Shown piece by piece: positions 17,882 to 30,866 of a DNA stretch of 64,000 bases. The notes below the pieces were generated by a model. The model saw only the letters and a program-made list of their open reading frames with translations, had not been told where the DNA came from and made no database searches. The position numbers and the translations under genes were made by a program. This DNA comes from Planctomycetota bacterium (GTDB lineage: Bacteria > Planctomycetota > B15-G4 > SIAN01), in NCBI GenBank assembly GCA_031409275.1, contig JANNXA010000024.1, positions 32,001 to 96,000 on the forward strand, given 5' to 3'. Positions within the stretch are counted from its first letter, which is position 1, and every line of letters begins with the position of its first letter.

Positions 17882-19822
17882 TCACTCTTCGCGCGGCGGC
17901 ACGACGCGACGTCGCTCGCCCGCGACCAGCGTCAATTGCTGGGTCCTCTTGCGGCCATCGTTGTCGATCCACTCGAGCGTGACGGCGCCGGCCGGCACGA
18001 ACAACTCGACCTCCGACCGAATGACGTTTTTCTTCGGATCCGCGTAGGCGCTCCCGCACTTCGCGAGGCAGACGCCCTCCGCGAGGACCCGCACGCCAAC
18101 GGCGTGGCTGACACCCGGGTTCTCCTCGCCGTCGAGCACGGCATCCGCGACCGGAGAGGGATCCACTTCAAGGATCGCCGCCTTGCCGACGCGTGCCGCA
18201 ATCGTCGAGGTGCCGCGCGCCTGTACGACGAAGCCGCGCACCAGCGCGACCTCGCTCTCGCCGGCGAAGACGAGGACGTCGTAGGTGCCGGGTTCGAAAC
18301 CCACTCGCTGAAGCTCGAGTCCGTTCTCGCGCTGCTCGAACCGCTCCGCGCGATCGAGCTGTGGCACCTGCGAGCCGTCCGGGCGAAAGAAGCGGACCTC
18401 GCGAACGGCCCGCTCCGCGCCGGCCTCGTCATGCGCTTGCACCACCACCCGCTGCTGCAGCTCGACACGGACCACCACCTCGCCGGAGCTGACTCGTGCC
18501 TTCACCGGTTCCCGTGTCGCCAGCGATTCGTCGAGCGACGTGCCGGCCAGTGTCAGCACCGTGCGATTCGTCGCACCCCGAAAGCGGAAGCGCCCCTCCT
18601 TGTCGGTGGCGACGCTGGCCATCCACTCGACCGTTCCATCCTTCTCGATGAAACGCGTTCCGACCGTCCCAACGACCGGAGCGTCGTCAGGCCCGACCAG
18701 CCGGCCAACGATCTCGAGGCCGCGCTCGACCACCAATTCGAGCCACGCGGAGCGCGCCCCTTCGCGCACTTCGACCCATCCGCTGGCCGGACCATGGCAG
18801 GCGCCCGCCGCAGCGCCGCGCTCCTCGGCATCGGCCGCGAAGATCGCGAATCCGCTGGCGACGTCGGGCCAGACGAAGCGGCCGTCGCCGTCGGTGACGA
18901 TCCTGGCCCCCGACCAGCGCATCGCCCCGTAGATCGGCTCGGCTTCGCGCGCGGCGCGATCGGCAGCGGCGGCCCCGAGTTCGAGCGGCACGCAGCGGTG
19001 CCAATCCACCGCCGTGTCGGGAACCGGCACCCCGTTCGAATCGACCACCCTTCCGCTCACGAGCGGGCCGCCGCGCAGCTTCCAGCGCTTCACGATCCCC
19101 TCGCCAGCCGTGAAACGCATCGTCACGACGTCGCAATCGAGCAGCGCAAGCCCTTCGGTCAGTTCGACCTCGAGTTCGCGGTCGGTCGGCACGTCGGCGA
19201 TCAACGCCTCGCCTCGCGCGTCGGTGGTCGCTTCCACCACGAAGCGCACCGCGCCGATCCGTTCGAGCAGCCGCACCGTGACGCCCGACGCGGGGCGGCC
19301 ATCCGCCTCCAGGACGGTGGCGCGCAGCCGCGCCGGTCGCGTGAGCTGGATCACGAGCGGTTCGACGTCGGTGCGGCCGAGTTCCTGGCTGGCGACGGCG
19401 CGCGGCGCGTAGCCCTCCGCCGCGATCACGAGCCAATCGTCCTCCGCCGCCGCGAGCGCGAAACGCCCGTCGTCGTCGCTGCGCCCTTCGACCCGCATCC
19501 GCTGCAGCGACCAGACGTCGCGGCGCAGCATCCCGCCGTTGGCGGACGCCGGCCAGCCGATCGGCGCCTCGGCCAGCGCGATGCCGGTCGCCGCATCCAT
19601 GACGCGACCGTATCGCTGCGTCGTCACGCGCGTCGCGGTGCGCGCGGCCTCGCTGCTCGCCGGCGTCGCGACTTCGTCCGGCGCCGCGTCGTACACCGGT
19701 GCCTGGCGAACGACCGGTTCGAGCGACGGCCTCTCACGCTGCCACCAGGCGACGAACGCAGCGATCCCGGCGGCAGTCACCACCACCGTCACGGCGATCG
19801 GCAGCAGTCGCACCGCTCGCAT
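17882..19822 (-). CDS. Membrane-anchored carboxypeptidase-regulatory-like repeat protein
   Basis: N-terminal TM helix; repeated GRV.D..G.P and TD..GRF motifs. Confidence 0.8.
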   Translation of the reverse strand: MRAVRLLPIAVTVVVTAAGIAAFVAWWQRERPSLEPVVRQAPVYDAAPDEVATPASSEAARTATRVTTQRYGRVMDAATGIALAEAPIGWPASANGGMLRRDVWSLQRMRVEGRSDDDGRFALAAAEDDWLVIAAEGYAPRAVASQELGRTDVEPLVIQLTRPARLRATVLEADGRPASGVTVRLLERIGAVRFVVEATTDARGEALIADVPTDRELEVELTEGLALLDCDVVTMRFTAGEGIVKRWKLRGGPLVSGRVVDSNGVPVPDTAVDWHRCVPLELGAAAADRAAREAEPIYGAMRWSGARIVTDGDGRFVWPDVASGFAIFAADAEERGAAAGACHGPASGWVEVREGARSAWLELVVERGLEIVGRLVGPDDAPVVGTVGTRFIEKDGTVEWMASVATDKEGRFRFRGATNRTVLTLAGTSLDESLATREPVKARVSSGEVVVRVELQQRVVVQAHDEAGAERAVREVRFFRPDGSQVPQLDRAERFEQRENGLELQRVGFEPGTYDVLVFAGESEVALVRGFVVQARGTSTIAARVGKAAILEVDPSPVADAVLDGEENPGVSHAVGVRVLAEGVCLAKCGSAYADPKKNVIRSEVELFVPAGAVTLEWIDNDGRKRTQQLTLVAGERRRVVPPREE

Positions 19823-19860
19823 CCTCGCTCCCGTTGCGCCTCGCCCCCGTCGCGCCTCGC

Positions 19861-20643
19861 TCAGCTCCCGCCATCGCGCAGCGCGCGCGCCGCGGCCGCG
19901 ACCGTCGCATTGGCGTAGCGCAGGACGAAGTGGCCGTCGCGCCGGTGCTCGGGATCGAGATCGCAGAGCACGACGTCGTAGCCGCAGTACTGCGCCAGCG
20001 CGCGGATCGCCTCAGGCGAGCTCCAATCGAAGCAACCCGTGGTCGGATCGCTGTTGGCCGCCAGCACGCGCGGCACGTCGCCGACCAGCTTGCGCAGACC
20101 GTTGGCGGACGTGCCGTCGGCGAAAGTGCCGATGAACCAGCCCCCCAATTGCAGCACTTCGGTCGCGCCAAGGAGCAGCGCCGCCAGCTGATGGGCGGTG
20201 AGGTGGACCAGCGTGTCGATCGAGAAGAGCGCGTCGACACGACCGCTCCAGCCTTGCTGCGTCGCTGCGCGACTCACCGCGTTGGCATCGCGCTCATCGA
20301 TCAGCGCGAGCACCACCCGCCCTTGCGTCACTTCCTTCGCGAAGCGCTGCCGGCAGAGCTTCTGGAACTGCTCCGAGACGTCGAGCGCCAGCAGCTCGAC
20401 GGCGGGCGCGGCGGCCAGCACGCGCGCGGTGTACTTGCCCGCCCCCGGCCCGACTTCGATGGCGTGCTTCCACGTCGCGACGCCGCACGGCTCGAAGAGG
20501 CGGCGAAACCACGCCGACCAGAGGCGCTCGTCGCCCCACTCGTCGCCCGGCCAACCACCCGGCGGCGGCTGCGAGCGCGCCGCGTAGTCATCCCACGCTG
20601 CGGCGAACTTGCCATCCGTGGCTGCCATCGCGTCCCTCGTCAC
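19861..20643 (-). CDS. Class I SAM-dependent methyltransferase
   Basis: IEVGPGAGKYT, ALDVS, DALFSIDTLVHL. Confidence 0.85.
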   Translation of the reverse strand: MTRDAMAATDGKFAAAWDDYAARSQPPPGGWPGDEWGDERLWSAWFRRLFEPCGVATWKHAIEVGPGAGKYTARVLAAAPAVELLALDVSEQFQKLCRQRFAKEVTQGRVVLALIDERDANAVSRAATQQGWSGRVDALFSIDTLVHLTAHQLAALLLGATEVLQLGGWFIGTFADGTSANGLRKLVGDVPRVLAANSDPTTGCFDWSSPEAIRALAQYCGYDVVLCDLDPEHRRDGHFVLRYANATVAAAARALRDGGS

Positions 20644-22664
20644 GGCTCATCGATCACCACTTCCTCGCGGCCACCCGCCACGAGTTCCAGATCGCGCACC
20701 ACCGTACCCGCGCCGAGGCCTACGCGCAGGCGCACCGGTCCCGCCGGTGCGGTGAAGCGCTGCGTCGAGCCGAGCGCGAGCTCGCCAGCGGCGATGACCA
20801 CCGCACCGCTCTGCAATGCGACTTGCGCGAGCGTCACCGGGCCGGCGCGGTAGCGCACCTCGACGGTGGCGCCGCGCTGCAACACCACGTCGACCGCACG
20901 CGTCTCTCCTTCGGCCAGCGTGACCCCCTCGAGGAAGCCGGCGAAGCCGTCGGTGGTCGTCGCTCCGAGCGTGAAGTTCCCGGCAGGCAGCCCGTCGAAG
21001 CGGTCATCGCTGCTCGGCGTCGCACCGCGACCGCCCGTCCACGCGATCGCGTCGCCGCCTTGCTGAACCAGCAGGAAGCTCGCGGCAACCGGTTCGCCGC
21101 GCCCGTCGAAGCGCGCCACCATCACCAGCGCCGCGGCATCGGCGACCTCGATGCGCAGATCGCGGCTGCCCGCGCGCGCGTTCAGCGGCGGCGCGGCGGC
21201 GTAGCGCAAATCGGACGGCAGGAAGCGCAGCTCGTAGTCGCCTTCGGAGAGCGGCCCGGCGCGGAAGTTCCCTTCGACGTCGGCGTAGCTCGGGACCTCG
21301 CCGGCGATCGCGTTCCCGAGCTCGCGGACGCGCAACGTTCCCGGCACCGGCCCACCGCGCCGATCGAGAGCGCGCCCCGTGACGAAGAGGCCGCGCTGCG
21401 CCTGCAGTTCCACCTCGCTCGAAACGCTGCCGGCCGGCAACGACAGCGGCTGCGCGAGCGGGACGAGATCGCCGCCGGCATGGCCGAGCCCGATCCGTGA
21501 CCACGCCGCCGGCCCGATCCAGTAGTCGCCCGCCGCCACCGCGCCCCAATCGAAGCGCCCCTCCTCGTCGGTGAAAGCGCGCGCGACGACGTGCGACTCG
21601 TCGCCGGGAGTGAAGAAGGCGCTCTCCGCGTTGCGGTCGAGCTGCGCGCCCTGCGTCGCCAACCAGATCAGCACGTCGGCGAGCGGCGCGCCGGTCTCAT
21701 CGAGGAGACGTCCGCGCAGCTTGATGCCGCCGCCCAGTTGCCACGTGCGCTCGACCGTCGCGCCCGGTTCCATGCGAAGCGCGGTCGCCTCCACGATCGC
21801 CAGCTGGCCCGGCATCGACTCGGGCGGCACCACCGTGAACGAAAGGGCGGAGGAGGCGGGCAGCCCGGCGATCGTCGCGCGGCCGTCGCGATCGGTGGTG
21901 GCGGCCAACACGATCGGGGGCCCGCGCAACACCCCTTCTCCTGACCGATCGGTGCCGCGAAGGACGACGTCGAACGCGTCGAGCGCGTGCAGCGAGGCCA
22001 CGACGTCGGCCCCCTCGATCGGCAGCTCACCCGCGCCCAGCACGCGCGCCTGAAGGCGGCACTCGACGTCGAGTTCGACTGGCGCCGGCAACGCCGCATC
22101 GATCGACAGCTCTTCCGTCGTGACCCAACGCAGTCCGAAGCCGGACGCGCGCACGAAGAGGAGCCCTGGATCGGACGCCTGCGCCGGCAGCGTGAAACGG
22201 CCATCAGCGTCGCTGATCGCCAGCGGTCGCGCCGCCGGAACGAAAAGCAATACAAACGGAATGCGCCACGGGTCGCCGCGCGGTTCCTCGCCAACGAGCT
22301 CCGCCCCCTCGATCGGCGTGCCGTTCGTGGCGGTGACGCGACCGTGCAGCGGCGGCGACGGCGGGTTCGCTCTCGGTGGCCAGGCGCTCGCGTCGTGTGG
22401 CTCGTCCGGACCTCGTGCTGGCTTGAGGTCGGAAGCCGTTGCTTGCGACGCTTCCGATCGCGGCGGCGGCACCGCGGAGCGCACCGGCGATGGCAGTGGC
22501 GCCGTCGCATCGCTCGCCTCGCGCTCCACTCGACCGTTCTGCACCAGCCGTGGGCCCGCCAAGCCAAGCCACCACCACGCCGCACCCGCGAGCGCCGCGA
22601 AGGCGACGAGGAGCGCCACCGCCGCCGCCAACGCGCGGCCGCTCGTCAAGCCTCGTCGCTGCAT
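20640..22664 (-). CDS. Membrane-anchored carboxypeptidase-regulatory-like repeat protein
   Basis: N-terminal TM helix; repeated GRV..G.PI.GA and TD..GRF motifs; stop overlaps the methyltransferase start. Start may be 22691. Confidence 0.8.
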   Translation of the reverse strand: MQRRGLTSGRALAAAVALLVAFAALAGAAWWWLGLAGPRLVQNGRVEREASDATAPLPSPVRSAVPPPRSEASQATASDLKPARGPDEPHDASAWPPRANPPSPPLHGRVTATNGTPIEGAELVGEEPRGDPWRIPFVLLFVPAARPLAISDADGRFTLPAQASDPGLLFVRASGFGLRWVTTEELSIDAALPAPVELDVECRLQARVLGAGELPIEGADVVASLHALDAFDVVLRGTDRSGEGVLRGPPIVLAATTDRDGRATIAGLPASSALSFTVVPPESMPGQLAIVEATALRMEPGATVERTWQLGGGIKLRGRLLDETGAPLADVLIWLATQGAQLDRNAESAFFTPGDESHVVARAFTDEEGRFDWGAVAAGDYWIGPAAWSRIGLGHAGGDLVPLAQPLSLPAGSVSSEVELQAQRGLFVTGRALDRRGGPVPGTLRVRELGNAIAGEVPSYADVEGNFRAGPLSEGDYELRFLPSDLRYAAAPPLNARAGSRDLRIEVADAAALVMVARFDGRGEPVAASFLLVQQGGDAIAWTGGRGATPSSDDRFDGLPAGNFTLGATTTDGFAGFLEGVTLAEGETRAVDVVLQRGATVEVRYRAGPVTLAQVALQSGAVVIAAGELALGSTQRFTAPAGPVRLRVGLGAGTVVRDLELVAGGREEVVIDEP

Positions 22665-22735
22665 CGCTTGCCTCCCGTTCGGGCTCGCCAACGTCCCGGC
22701 CCGTCGCGCCGCTCGCGCCCTACAATCGCGCCCCC

Positions 22736-23626
22736 ATGAAGATCCGCAAAGCGGTGATCACGGCGGCCGGTCCCGATCAGCGCGAGCTGCCGCTGCAGCG
22801 ACTCGTCGATCGCGACGGTTCGGCGAAGTCGGCGCTGCGCCTGCTGCTCGACGAGGCGGCGGCCGCCGGCATCGGCGAGGTGGCGATCATCGTCCACCCC
22901 GACGATGGCGAGCGCTACGCCGCCGCGACGGGGGCGCCAGGCGGGGCGCCGCGCGTCGCCGATGGCGTCGAGCCCAAGCTCCACTTCGTGCCACAGGCGG
23001 CTGCGCGCGGCTATGCCGATGCGCTGTTGCAGGCGCGCGACTTCGTTGGCGACGAGCCCTTCCTCCACTTGGTGGGCGACCATCTCTTCCTGCCGCGCGG
23101 CGAGTTGCGCCCCGCCGCTGAACTCGTCGCGGTGGCGCAGCGTGAAGGGGCCGCCGTCTCGGCGGTGCAGTCGACGCGCGAATCGCATCTGCGCGAGTAC
23201 GGCGTGGTCGGCGGGCCGCGCGTCGCCGGCCGCGAGCGCCTCTTCGCCATCGACGCGGTGCTGGAGAAGCCGACTCCGACCGAAGCGGAGCAGACGCTCT
23301 TCGTGCCGGGACTGCGCGCCGGCCACTACCTCTGCTTCTTCGGGATGCACGTGCTGCCGGCCGCGATCTTCGACGCCCTCGCACAGGCGCTGCGCGACGC
23401 CGCCGAACCGCGCCGCGTCTCGTTGACGCACGCGCTCGCCACCCTGCCGGGCCGCGCGCGCTGGCTCGCGCTCGAAGTCGCCGCCACCCGCTTCAATCTC
23501 GGCGAGAAGTACGGGCTGCTGATCGCGCAGCTCGCGCTGGGACTTTCTGGGCGCGATCGCGACGACGTGCTGGCGCAGGTGACGGAACTCCTGCTCGCTC
23601 GCGAAAAGGGTCGCGCCCAAAAATGA
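22736..23626 (+). CDS. Sugar-phosphate nucleotidyltransferase-like protein (GalU-like, degenerate N-terminal motif)
   Basis: [43 protein letters not shown]. Confidence 0.85.
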   Translation: MKIRKAVITAAGPDQRELPLQRLVDRDGSAKSALRLLLDEAAAAGIGEVAIIVHPDDGERYAAATGAPGGAPRVADGVEPKLHFVPQAAARGYADALLQARDFVGDEPFLHLVGDHLFLPRGELRPAAELVAVAQREGAAVSAVQSTRESHLREYGVVGGPRVAGRERLFAIDAVLEKPTPTEAEQTLFVPGLRAGHYLCFFGMHVLPAAIFDALAQALRDAAEPRRVSLTHALATLPGRARWLALEVAATRFNLGEKYGLLIAQLALGLSGRDRDDVLAQVTELLLAREKGRAQK

Positions 23627-26600
23627 GCCGACCGCTGAGCCGACTCGTCGCGATCCTCGAAACCGCGGACGACGCGCTGCGCCACCGTTCGCTGGAGGCC
23701 GCGGTCGCCGGGCTCGATGTCGAAGCGCTGCTGCACGAGTGCCGGGCGCTCGACGCGTTCCGCGCGCGCACCGACAACCTCTACCAGCGCGTGCGCGCCC
23801 TCTTCTTCCTGCAGGCGATCCACCGCTACCACCTCGCCGCGCGCGCGCAGCGGCTCCCCGCCGCCGGCGGCCGCATCCCGTACGACGGCCAGCAGCTGCT
23901 GCTCGACCGCCGTTTCGAGGAGGCGATCGCCTGCTTCCGGCGCACGCTTGACGACGCGGGCGTGAGCGAAGCGCTCTGCTCCGCGCTGGCCGCCGCCTAC
24001 CGCGGGCTCGCGTTCCAGACGCTCGCCGATCAGGTGCGCCGCAGCGTGCGCAGCGTGCGCGGCAACCAATGGATGTTCCGCTGCGGCCATCCGCTCGATC
24101 AGCCGCTGCGGCTGCGTCCCGAACTGCTGGAACGCGATGTTGCCGGCCACTACCCGCTGCTGGTCGAACGCACGCCGGTGCGCATGGACCTCACCCATTG
24201 CGGCTGGAGCGACATCTTCTTCCTCGGCATGGACCATCCCGAGGGCGCGCGCGTGCTGAACGTCTCGATCGACCTCGGCGTGCATGGCCGTGATGCGGCA
24301 CCGGCGCCGCCGGTCGAGTGTTCGCTGCGCGTGATCGACGAGCCGCTGCTGCGCCTCACCAGCGTCGACCTCGGCGCCACCGCCGACGTCGCGGAACTGC
24401 CGCTGCTGTTCGACTTCGCGCGCGACTACCTCGGCCTGCTGAAGGCGGCGCTGCTCGCCGCCGGGCTCGTGCCGCCAGGTATCGAAGGATCGGGCACGAC
24501 GCTGCAGCAGTTGCTGGCGCAGCTGGTCGGTGAAGGACGCGGACTGGAGATCGTGGCGCACGTGCGCGGCATCCCGAAGGGCTCGCGCCTCGCCGTGTCG
24601 ACCACGCTGCTCGGCTCGCTGATCGCCTTGTGCATGCGCGCGACCGGACAGACGCGCGCGCTGACGGGCACGCTCGAGGAAGCGGAGCGGCGCACCTGCG
24701 CGGCGCGCGCGATCCTCGGCGAGTGGCTCGGCGGCTCGGGCGGCGGCTGGCAGGACTCGGGCGGGCTGTGGCCGGGCATCAAGCTGATCGAAGGGGTCGC
24801 GACGGCAGCGGGCGACCCGGAACACGGGACGAGCCGTGGCCGCCTGCTGCCGCGCCACACGTTGCTCGGCCGCGAACGCGTTCCCGACTCGACGCGCGCG
24901 CAGCTGACGCGCTCGCTCGTGCTGGTGCACGGAGGCATGGCGCAGAACGTCGGCCCCATCCTCGAGATGGTGACCGAGAAGTACCTGCTGCGCAGCGACC
25001 TTGAATGGCGGGCGCGCCAGGAGACCGGCGCCATCCTCGAGCAGCTGCTCGTCGCGCTGGCGCACGGCGACATGAAGTCGCTGGCCGAAGCGACCACGCG
25101 CAACTTCTTCGGGCCGTTGACCACGATCATTCCGCAGGCGACCAACGCCTTCACCGAGTCGGTGATCGAGCGGGTCAAGCAGCGCTTCGGCGCGCGCTTC
25201 CTCGGCTTCTGGATGCTGGGCGGCATGTCGGGCGGCGGGATGGGTTTCCTCTTCGAACCGGAGCCGATCACCGACGCGGCCCCCGACGCGGCCCGCACCG
25301 CCGATCCGCTGGCGGCGACCAAGCGCGAGCTGCAGCAGATCCTCTCCTCGGCGAAGCGCGAGCTGCAGGACGCGCTCCCCTTCGCGATGGAGCCGGTCGT
25401 CTACGACTTCGCCATCAATGACCACGGCACGCGGGCACAGTGGAGCGCGCCGCGAGTCGCCGTCGCGCCGCACCCCGCCAACGCGACCACGGCCGCGGCG
25501 AGCGACGCGCCGCTACCCGAGCTGCTGGCGCGGCTCGGCTTCGATCGCGTCGAGCACGAGCAGATCCGCGTTGATCTGAGGGCCGGCCGCATCGGGCTCG
25601 CGCAGAATCGGCTGCCCGCGCACAGCGTGCTGCGCGACGCCGAGCCAGGCGACGTCGCCGACCTGCGCGCCGGTGCTGGTGCCGAGGAGGTCGCGCGCGG
25701 CACGGCGGCGCTGCAGCGCGGCGAAGTGGCGGTGCTCACGCTCGCGGCCGGCGCCGGCAGTCGCTGGAGCGGCGGCGCGAACGTCGTGAAGGCGCTCTTC
25801 CCGTTCGCCAAGTTCGATGGCCGATTCCGCAGCTTCCTCGACGTGCATCTCGCCAAGAGCCGGCGCGTGGCACGCGCGGCCGGCGTGCCGCTGCCCCACT
25901 TCGTCGCCACCAGCTCCTTCACGCATGAAGCGATCGCACGCCAACTCGCGCTGCGCACCGGATCGGAACCGCGCGAGCGCGACGTCGAAGTCGAGCTGTC
26001 GCCCGGCCGCGCCGTCGGCCTGCGGCTGATCCCGATGGAGCGCGACCTGCGCTTCGCGTGGGAGGAGACGCGCCACCAGCGGCTCGACGTGCAGGCGCAG
26101 AAGGTGCGCGAAAGCCTGCATGCGGCGCTGATCGGGTGGGCGCGCGGTGCGGGCGAAGGCGACGACTACACCGACAACCTCGCGGTGCAGTGCCTCCATC
26201 CCGTCGGCCACTTCTACGAGCTGCCCAACCTGCTGAAAAACGGTCGCCTCGCCCGATTGCTGCGCGAGCGGCCGCAACTCTCGACGCTGCTGCTGCACAA
26301 CATCGACACGCTCGGCGCCGACGTCGACGCGGGCCTGCTCGGCCACCATCTGCGCCAGGTCGAGGATGGCGGCGCGCTCACCTTCGAGGTGATCGGCCGG
26401 CAGCTCGAGGATCGCGGCGGTGGTCTCGCGCGGGTCGATGGTCGGCTGCGGCTGGTTGAAGGGTTGGCGCTGCCGCGCGAGGAGCAGGAGCTCGAACTGC
26501 GCTGGTACAACACGATGACGACGTGGATCGACATCGACTCGCTGCTGGCGCGCTTCGGCCTCACGCGCGAGCTGCTCCTGCGCAGCGCCGAGCCGGACAC

Positions 26601-26904
26601 CGCCAGCGCCGAAGCGGCCGCTGCCGCGATCGCGACCGCGGTGCGCCGCGTCGCCGCCGAACTGCCCACCTACGTCACGCTGAAGGACGTGAAGAAGCGC
26701 TGGGGCCAGGCGCAGGAGGATGTCTTCCCCGTCACCCAGTTCGAGAAGTTGTGGAGCGACCTCACCGCGCTGCCGCAGCTCGACTGCCGCTACGTCGCCG
26801 TCCCGCGCGTGCGCGGCCAGCAGTTGAAGGAGCCCGCCCAGCTCGATCCGTGGCTGCGCGACGGCAGCGCCGCCGCCATCGCCGCGCGCTGCGACTTCCA
26901 CTGA
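23623..26904 (+). CDS. GHMP-family sugar kinase fused to a UDP-sugar pyrophosphorylase (UDPGP) domain
   Basis: [34 protein letters not shown]; then [32 protein letters not shown]. Confidence 0.85.
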   Translation: MSRPLSRLVAILETADDALRHRSLEAAVAGLDVEALLHECRALDAFRARTDNLYQRVRALFFLQAIHRYHLAARAQRLPAAGGRIPYDGQQLLLDRRFEEAIACFRRTLDDAGVSEALCSALAAAYRGLAFQTLADQVRRSVRSVRGNQWMFRCGHPLDQPLRLRPELLERDVAGHYPLLVERTPVRMDLTHCGWSDIFFLGMDHPEGARVLNVSIDLGVHGRDAAPAPPVECSLRVIDEPLLRLTSVDLGATADVAELPLLFDFARDYLGLLKAALLAAGLVPPGIEGSGTTLQQLLAQLVGEGRGLEIVAHVRGIPKGSRLAVSTTLLGSLIALCMRATGQTRALTGTLEEAERRTCAARAILGEWLGGSGGGWQDSGGLWPGIKLIEGVATAAGDPEHGTSRGRLLPRHTLLGRERVPDSTRAQLTRSLVLVHGGMAQNVGPILEMVTEKYLLRSDLEWRARQETGAILEQLLVALAHGDMKSLAEATTRNFFGPLTTIIPQATNAFTESVIERVKQRFGARFLGFWMLGGMSGGGMGFLFEPEPITDAAPDAARTADPLAATKRELQQILSSAKRELQDALPFAMEPVVYDFAINDHGTRAQWSAPRVAVAPHPANATTAAASDAPLPELLARLGFDRVEHEQIRVDLRAGRIGLAQNRLPAHSVLRDAEPGDVADLRAGAGAEEVARGTAALQRGEVAVLTLAAGAGSRWSGGANVVKALFPFAKFDGRFRSFLDVHLAKSRRVARAAGVPLPHFVATSSFTHEAIARQLALRTGSEPRERDVEVELSPGRAVGLRLIPMERDLRFAWEETRHQRLDVQAQKVRESLHAALIGWARGAGEGDDYTDNLAVQCLHPVGHFYELPNLLKNGRLARLLRERPQLSTLLLHNIDTLGADVDAGLLGHHLRQVEDGGALTFEVIGRQLEDRGGGLARVDGRLRLVEGLALPREEQELELRWYNTMTTWIDIDSLLARFGLTRELLLRSAEPDTASAEAAAAAIATAVRRVAAELPTYVTLKDVKKRWGQAQEDVFPVTQFEKLWSDLTALPQLDCRYVAVPRVRGQQLKEPAQLDPWLRDGSAAAIAARCDFH

Positions 26905-26932
26905 CCGCGACGACGCGGCTCGCCCGGTCCGC

Positions 26933-28906
<1,974 letters not shown>

Positions 28907-29048
28907 GAACGGATCTCGACCGGCCCGACCAAGCCGCGCGCCGCGCAACAGGAGCAAAGGCGCGGCCGTCGCGATCGCGGCGGCCGAGAAACTGCGGGGT
29001 CAGGACCAGCGCGCTGAAGAGTAGCGCTGTCAGGGCCGGCGAGGCGGC

Positions 29049-29852
29049 TCAGAACCTCACCGACAGCGTCGCGAGCGGGCCGGAGAAGTCGAAGTCGCCG
29101 TCGTTGGTCGTCTCGTTGAAGTCCCAGACCATCCAGCGATAGCCCAAGCCGACGCGAATGGCGTCGGAGATGGGGTAGAGCAGCTCGGCGCCCCAGTCGT
29201 AGAGGCGGCGGTGGAACGAGTTGGCGGCCAGCGCGCCGTAGAGGTCGAGCGTCGCGCCGCTGCCGAAGTCGGTCGTCCATTGCGCGTGGGCGCCGGGGTA
29301 GACGCGGCTGAACTCCCGGTCCTCGTTCGCGCCGCTCGGCGCGGCCGTCACGTGAGTGTCGAGGTTCCACCACCAGGCGCCGAGCCCGACTCGGAATGCG
29401 TCCGCGGTGTCCTTCTCCTTCGAGAAGGCGTAGTCCCACTTGAGCGCCCAGGTGGTGAGGTCGAGGTCGCTCGAGACGCGATCCCCCTTGGGGTAGGAAG
29501 CGCCGTGGAACTGGTAGCCGCGCGTGATGTCGTTGCTGCCGCTGAAGCCGAGCGGGATGTACTCGATGCCGAAGCGGTGCTCGCCCATGTCGAGCGAGGC
29601 GTTCCACAGCAGCTCCCGATCGCTGTCGAGGCCGAGCTGGTCCGAGAGGCCGGCGTGGGTCGACGTCGCGGGCTGCGACCCCGCCTCGATGTCGAGGTGG
29701 CCGTCGGGTTTCGCCTGCCAGTACTTCGCGCCGAACTCGAAGCTCGATTCGCTCGGTCGCCCGGCCGGCGCCGGCAGCGGCAACGCGGAGCAGCCGGCCG
29801 CGGCGAGGGCCGCCCACAGCGCCGGAACGGACTTCAAGCGCCACGTCGTCAT
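29049..29852 (-). CDS. Putative outer-membrane beta-barrel protein
   Basis: Signal ending AAGC; alternating aromatic beta strands; C-terminal FSGPLATLSVRF with terminal Phe. Confidence 0.75.
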   Translation of the reverse strand: MTTWRLKSVPALWAALAAAGCSALPLPAPAGRPSESSFEFGAKYWQAKPDGHLDIEAGSQPATSTHAGLSDQLGLDSDRELLWNASLDMGEHRFGIEYIPLGFSGSNDITRGYQFHGASYPKGDRVSSDLDLTTWALKWDYAFSKEKDTADAFRVGLGAWWWNLDTHVTAAPSGANEDREFSRVYPGAHAQWTTDFGSGATLDLYGALAANSFHRRLYDWGAELLYPISDAIRVGLGYRWMVWDFNETTNDGDFDFSGPLATLSVRF

Positions 29853-29990
29853 CGTGAACTCCATCGCGGGGAGGAAACGGCGCGCCGCCGCGACATCGAT
29901 GCCGACGCGCACGGGCGCGGTCGCCGTTTTCAGCTGGCGACAGTACAGCGGCTTGGCGGGGTCGGTGCGACCGCGTATGAACGCGGCCCC

Positions 29991-30866
29991 ATGCAGGAAC
30001 GCGGAACCACCCGGCTCAAGTGGGCCTTCGTCGGCCCGACGCTGCTCTTTCTGCTGGCGTTCAACCTCTTCCCGCTCGTCTGGAGCATCGTGCTCGGGTT
30101 CCGGAACGACGAGCTGGTGGGCGGCGATTCGCGCTTCGTCGGCAGCGCCAACTACGCGCGCGTCTTCGCCGACCCTCGCTTCGCGGAAGCGGTGCGGCTC
30201 ACTGCGCGCTTCGTCGGGCTCGCCGTCCTGCTCGAGCTGCTGGTCGGCTTCACGCTGGCGCTGGCGCTTCAGCGCGACTTCAAGGGCAAGAGCGCGGTCC
30301 TCACCACGCTGCTGATCCCGATGATGCTGTCGCCGGCAGTGGTCGGCCTCTTCTGGAACCTGATCCTGAACGGCAACTACGGGATCCTGAACCAGCTGCT
30401 CGCCGCCGTCGGGCTGCCCGCGCCGCAATGGACCACCGATCGCGACTGGAAGTTCACCTCGATCCTGCTGGTCGACCTGTGGATGTGGACGCCGTTCATG
30501 CTGCTGATCTCGCTGGCGGCGCTGAACGCCATTCCGAAGTCGCTCTACGAAGCGGCGGAGATCGACCGCGCCGGCACGCTGACCGTGTTCCGCCGCATCA
30601 CGCTGCCGATGGTCGCGCCCCTGCTCGGGCTCGCCGTGCTGCTGCGCGCGACCGACGCGCTGAAGCAGTTCGACCTCGTCATGGCCATCACCGGTCCCAA
30701 CGACGCCAAGACGCAGACGCTCTCCACGCTGCTCTATCAGGTCGTCTTTCGCGACGGCAAGGTCGGCCTCGGGGCGAGCTTCGCGTGCGTCGTGCTGGTG
30801 GCGGTGATCGCCGTCGCGACGCTCTTCACGCGCTACATGGAACGGCTGCAGGAGCGGCCCTCATGA
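29991..30866 (+). CDS. Carbohydrate ABC transporter permease
   Basis: FVG.ANY, DLWMWTPF, EAA loop LYEAAEIDRAG. Confidence 0.92.
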   Translation: MQERGTTRLKWAFVGPTLLFLLAFNLFPLVWSIVLGFRNDELVGGDSRFVGSANYARVFADPRFAEAVRLTARFVGLAVLLELLVGFTLALALQRDFKGKSAVLTTLLIPMMLSPAVVGLFWNLILNGNYGILNQLLAAVGLPAPQWTTDRDWKFTSILLVDLWMWTPFMLLISLAALNAIPKSLYEAAEIDRAGTLTVFRRITLPMVAPLLGLAVLLRATDALKQFDLVMAITGPNDAKTQTLSTLLYQVVFRDGKVGLGASFACVVLVAVIAVATLFTRYMERLQERPS

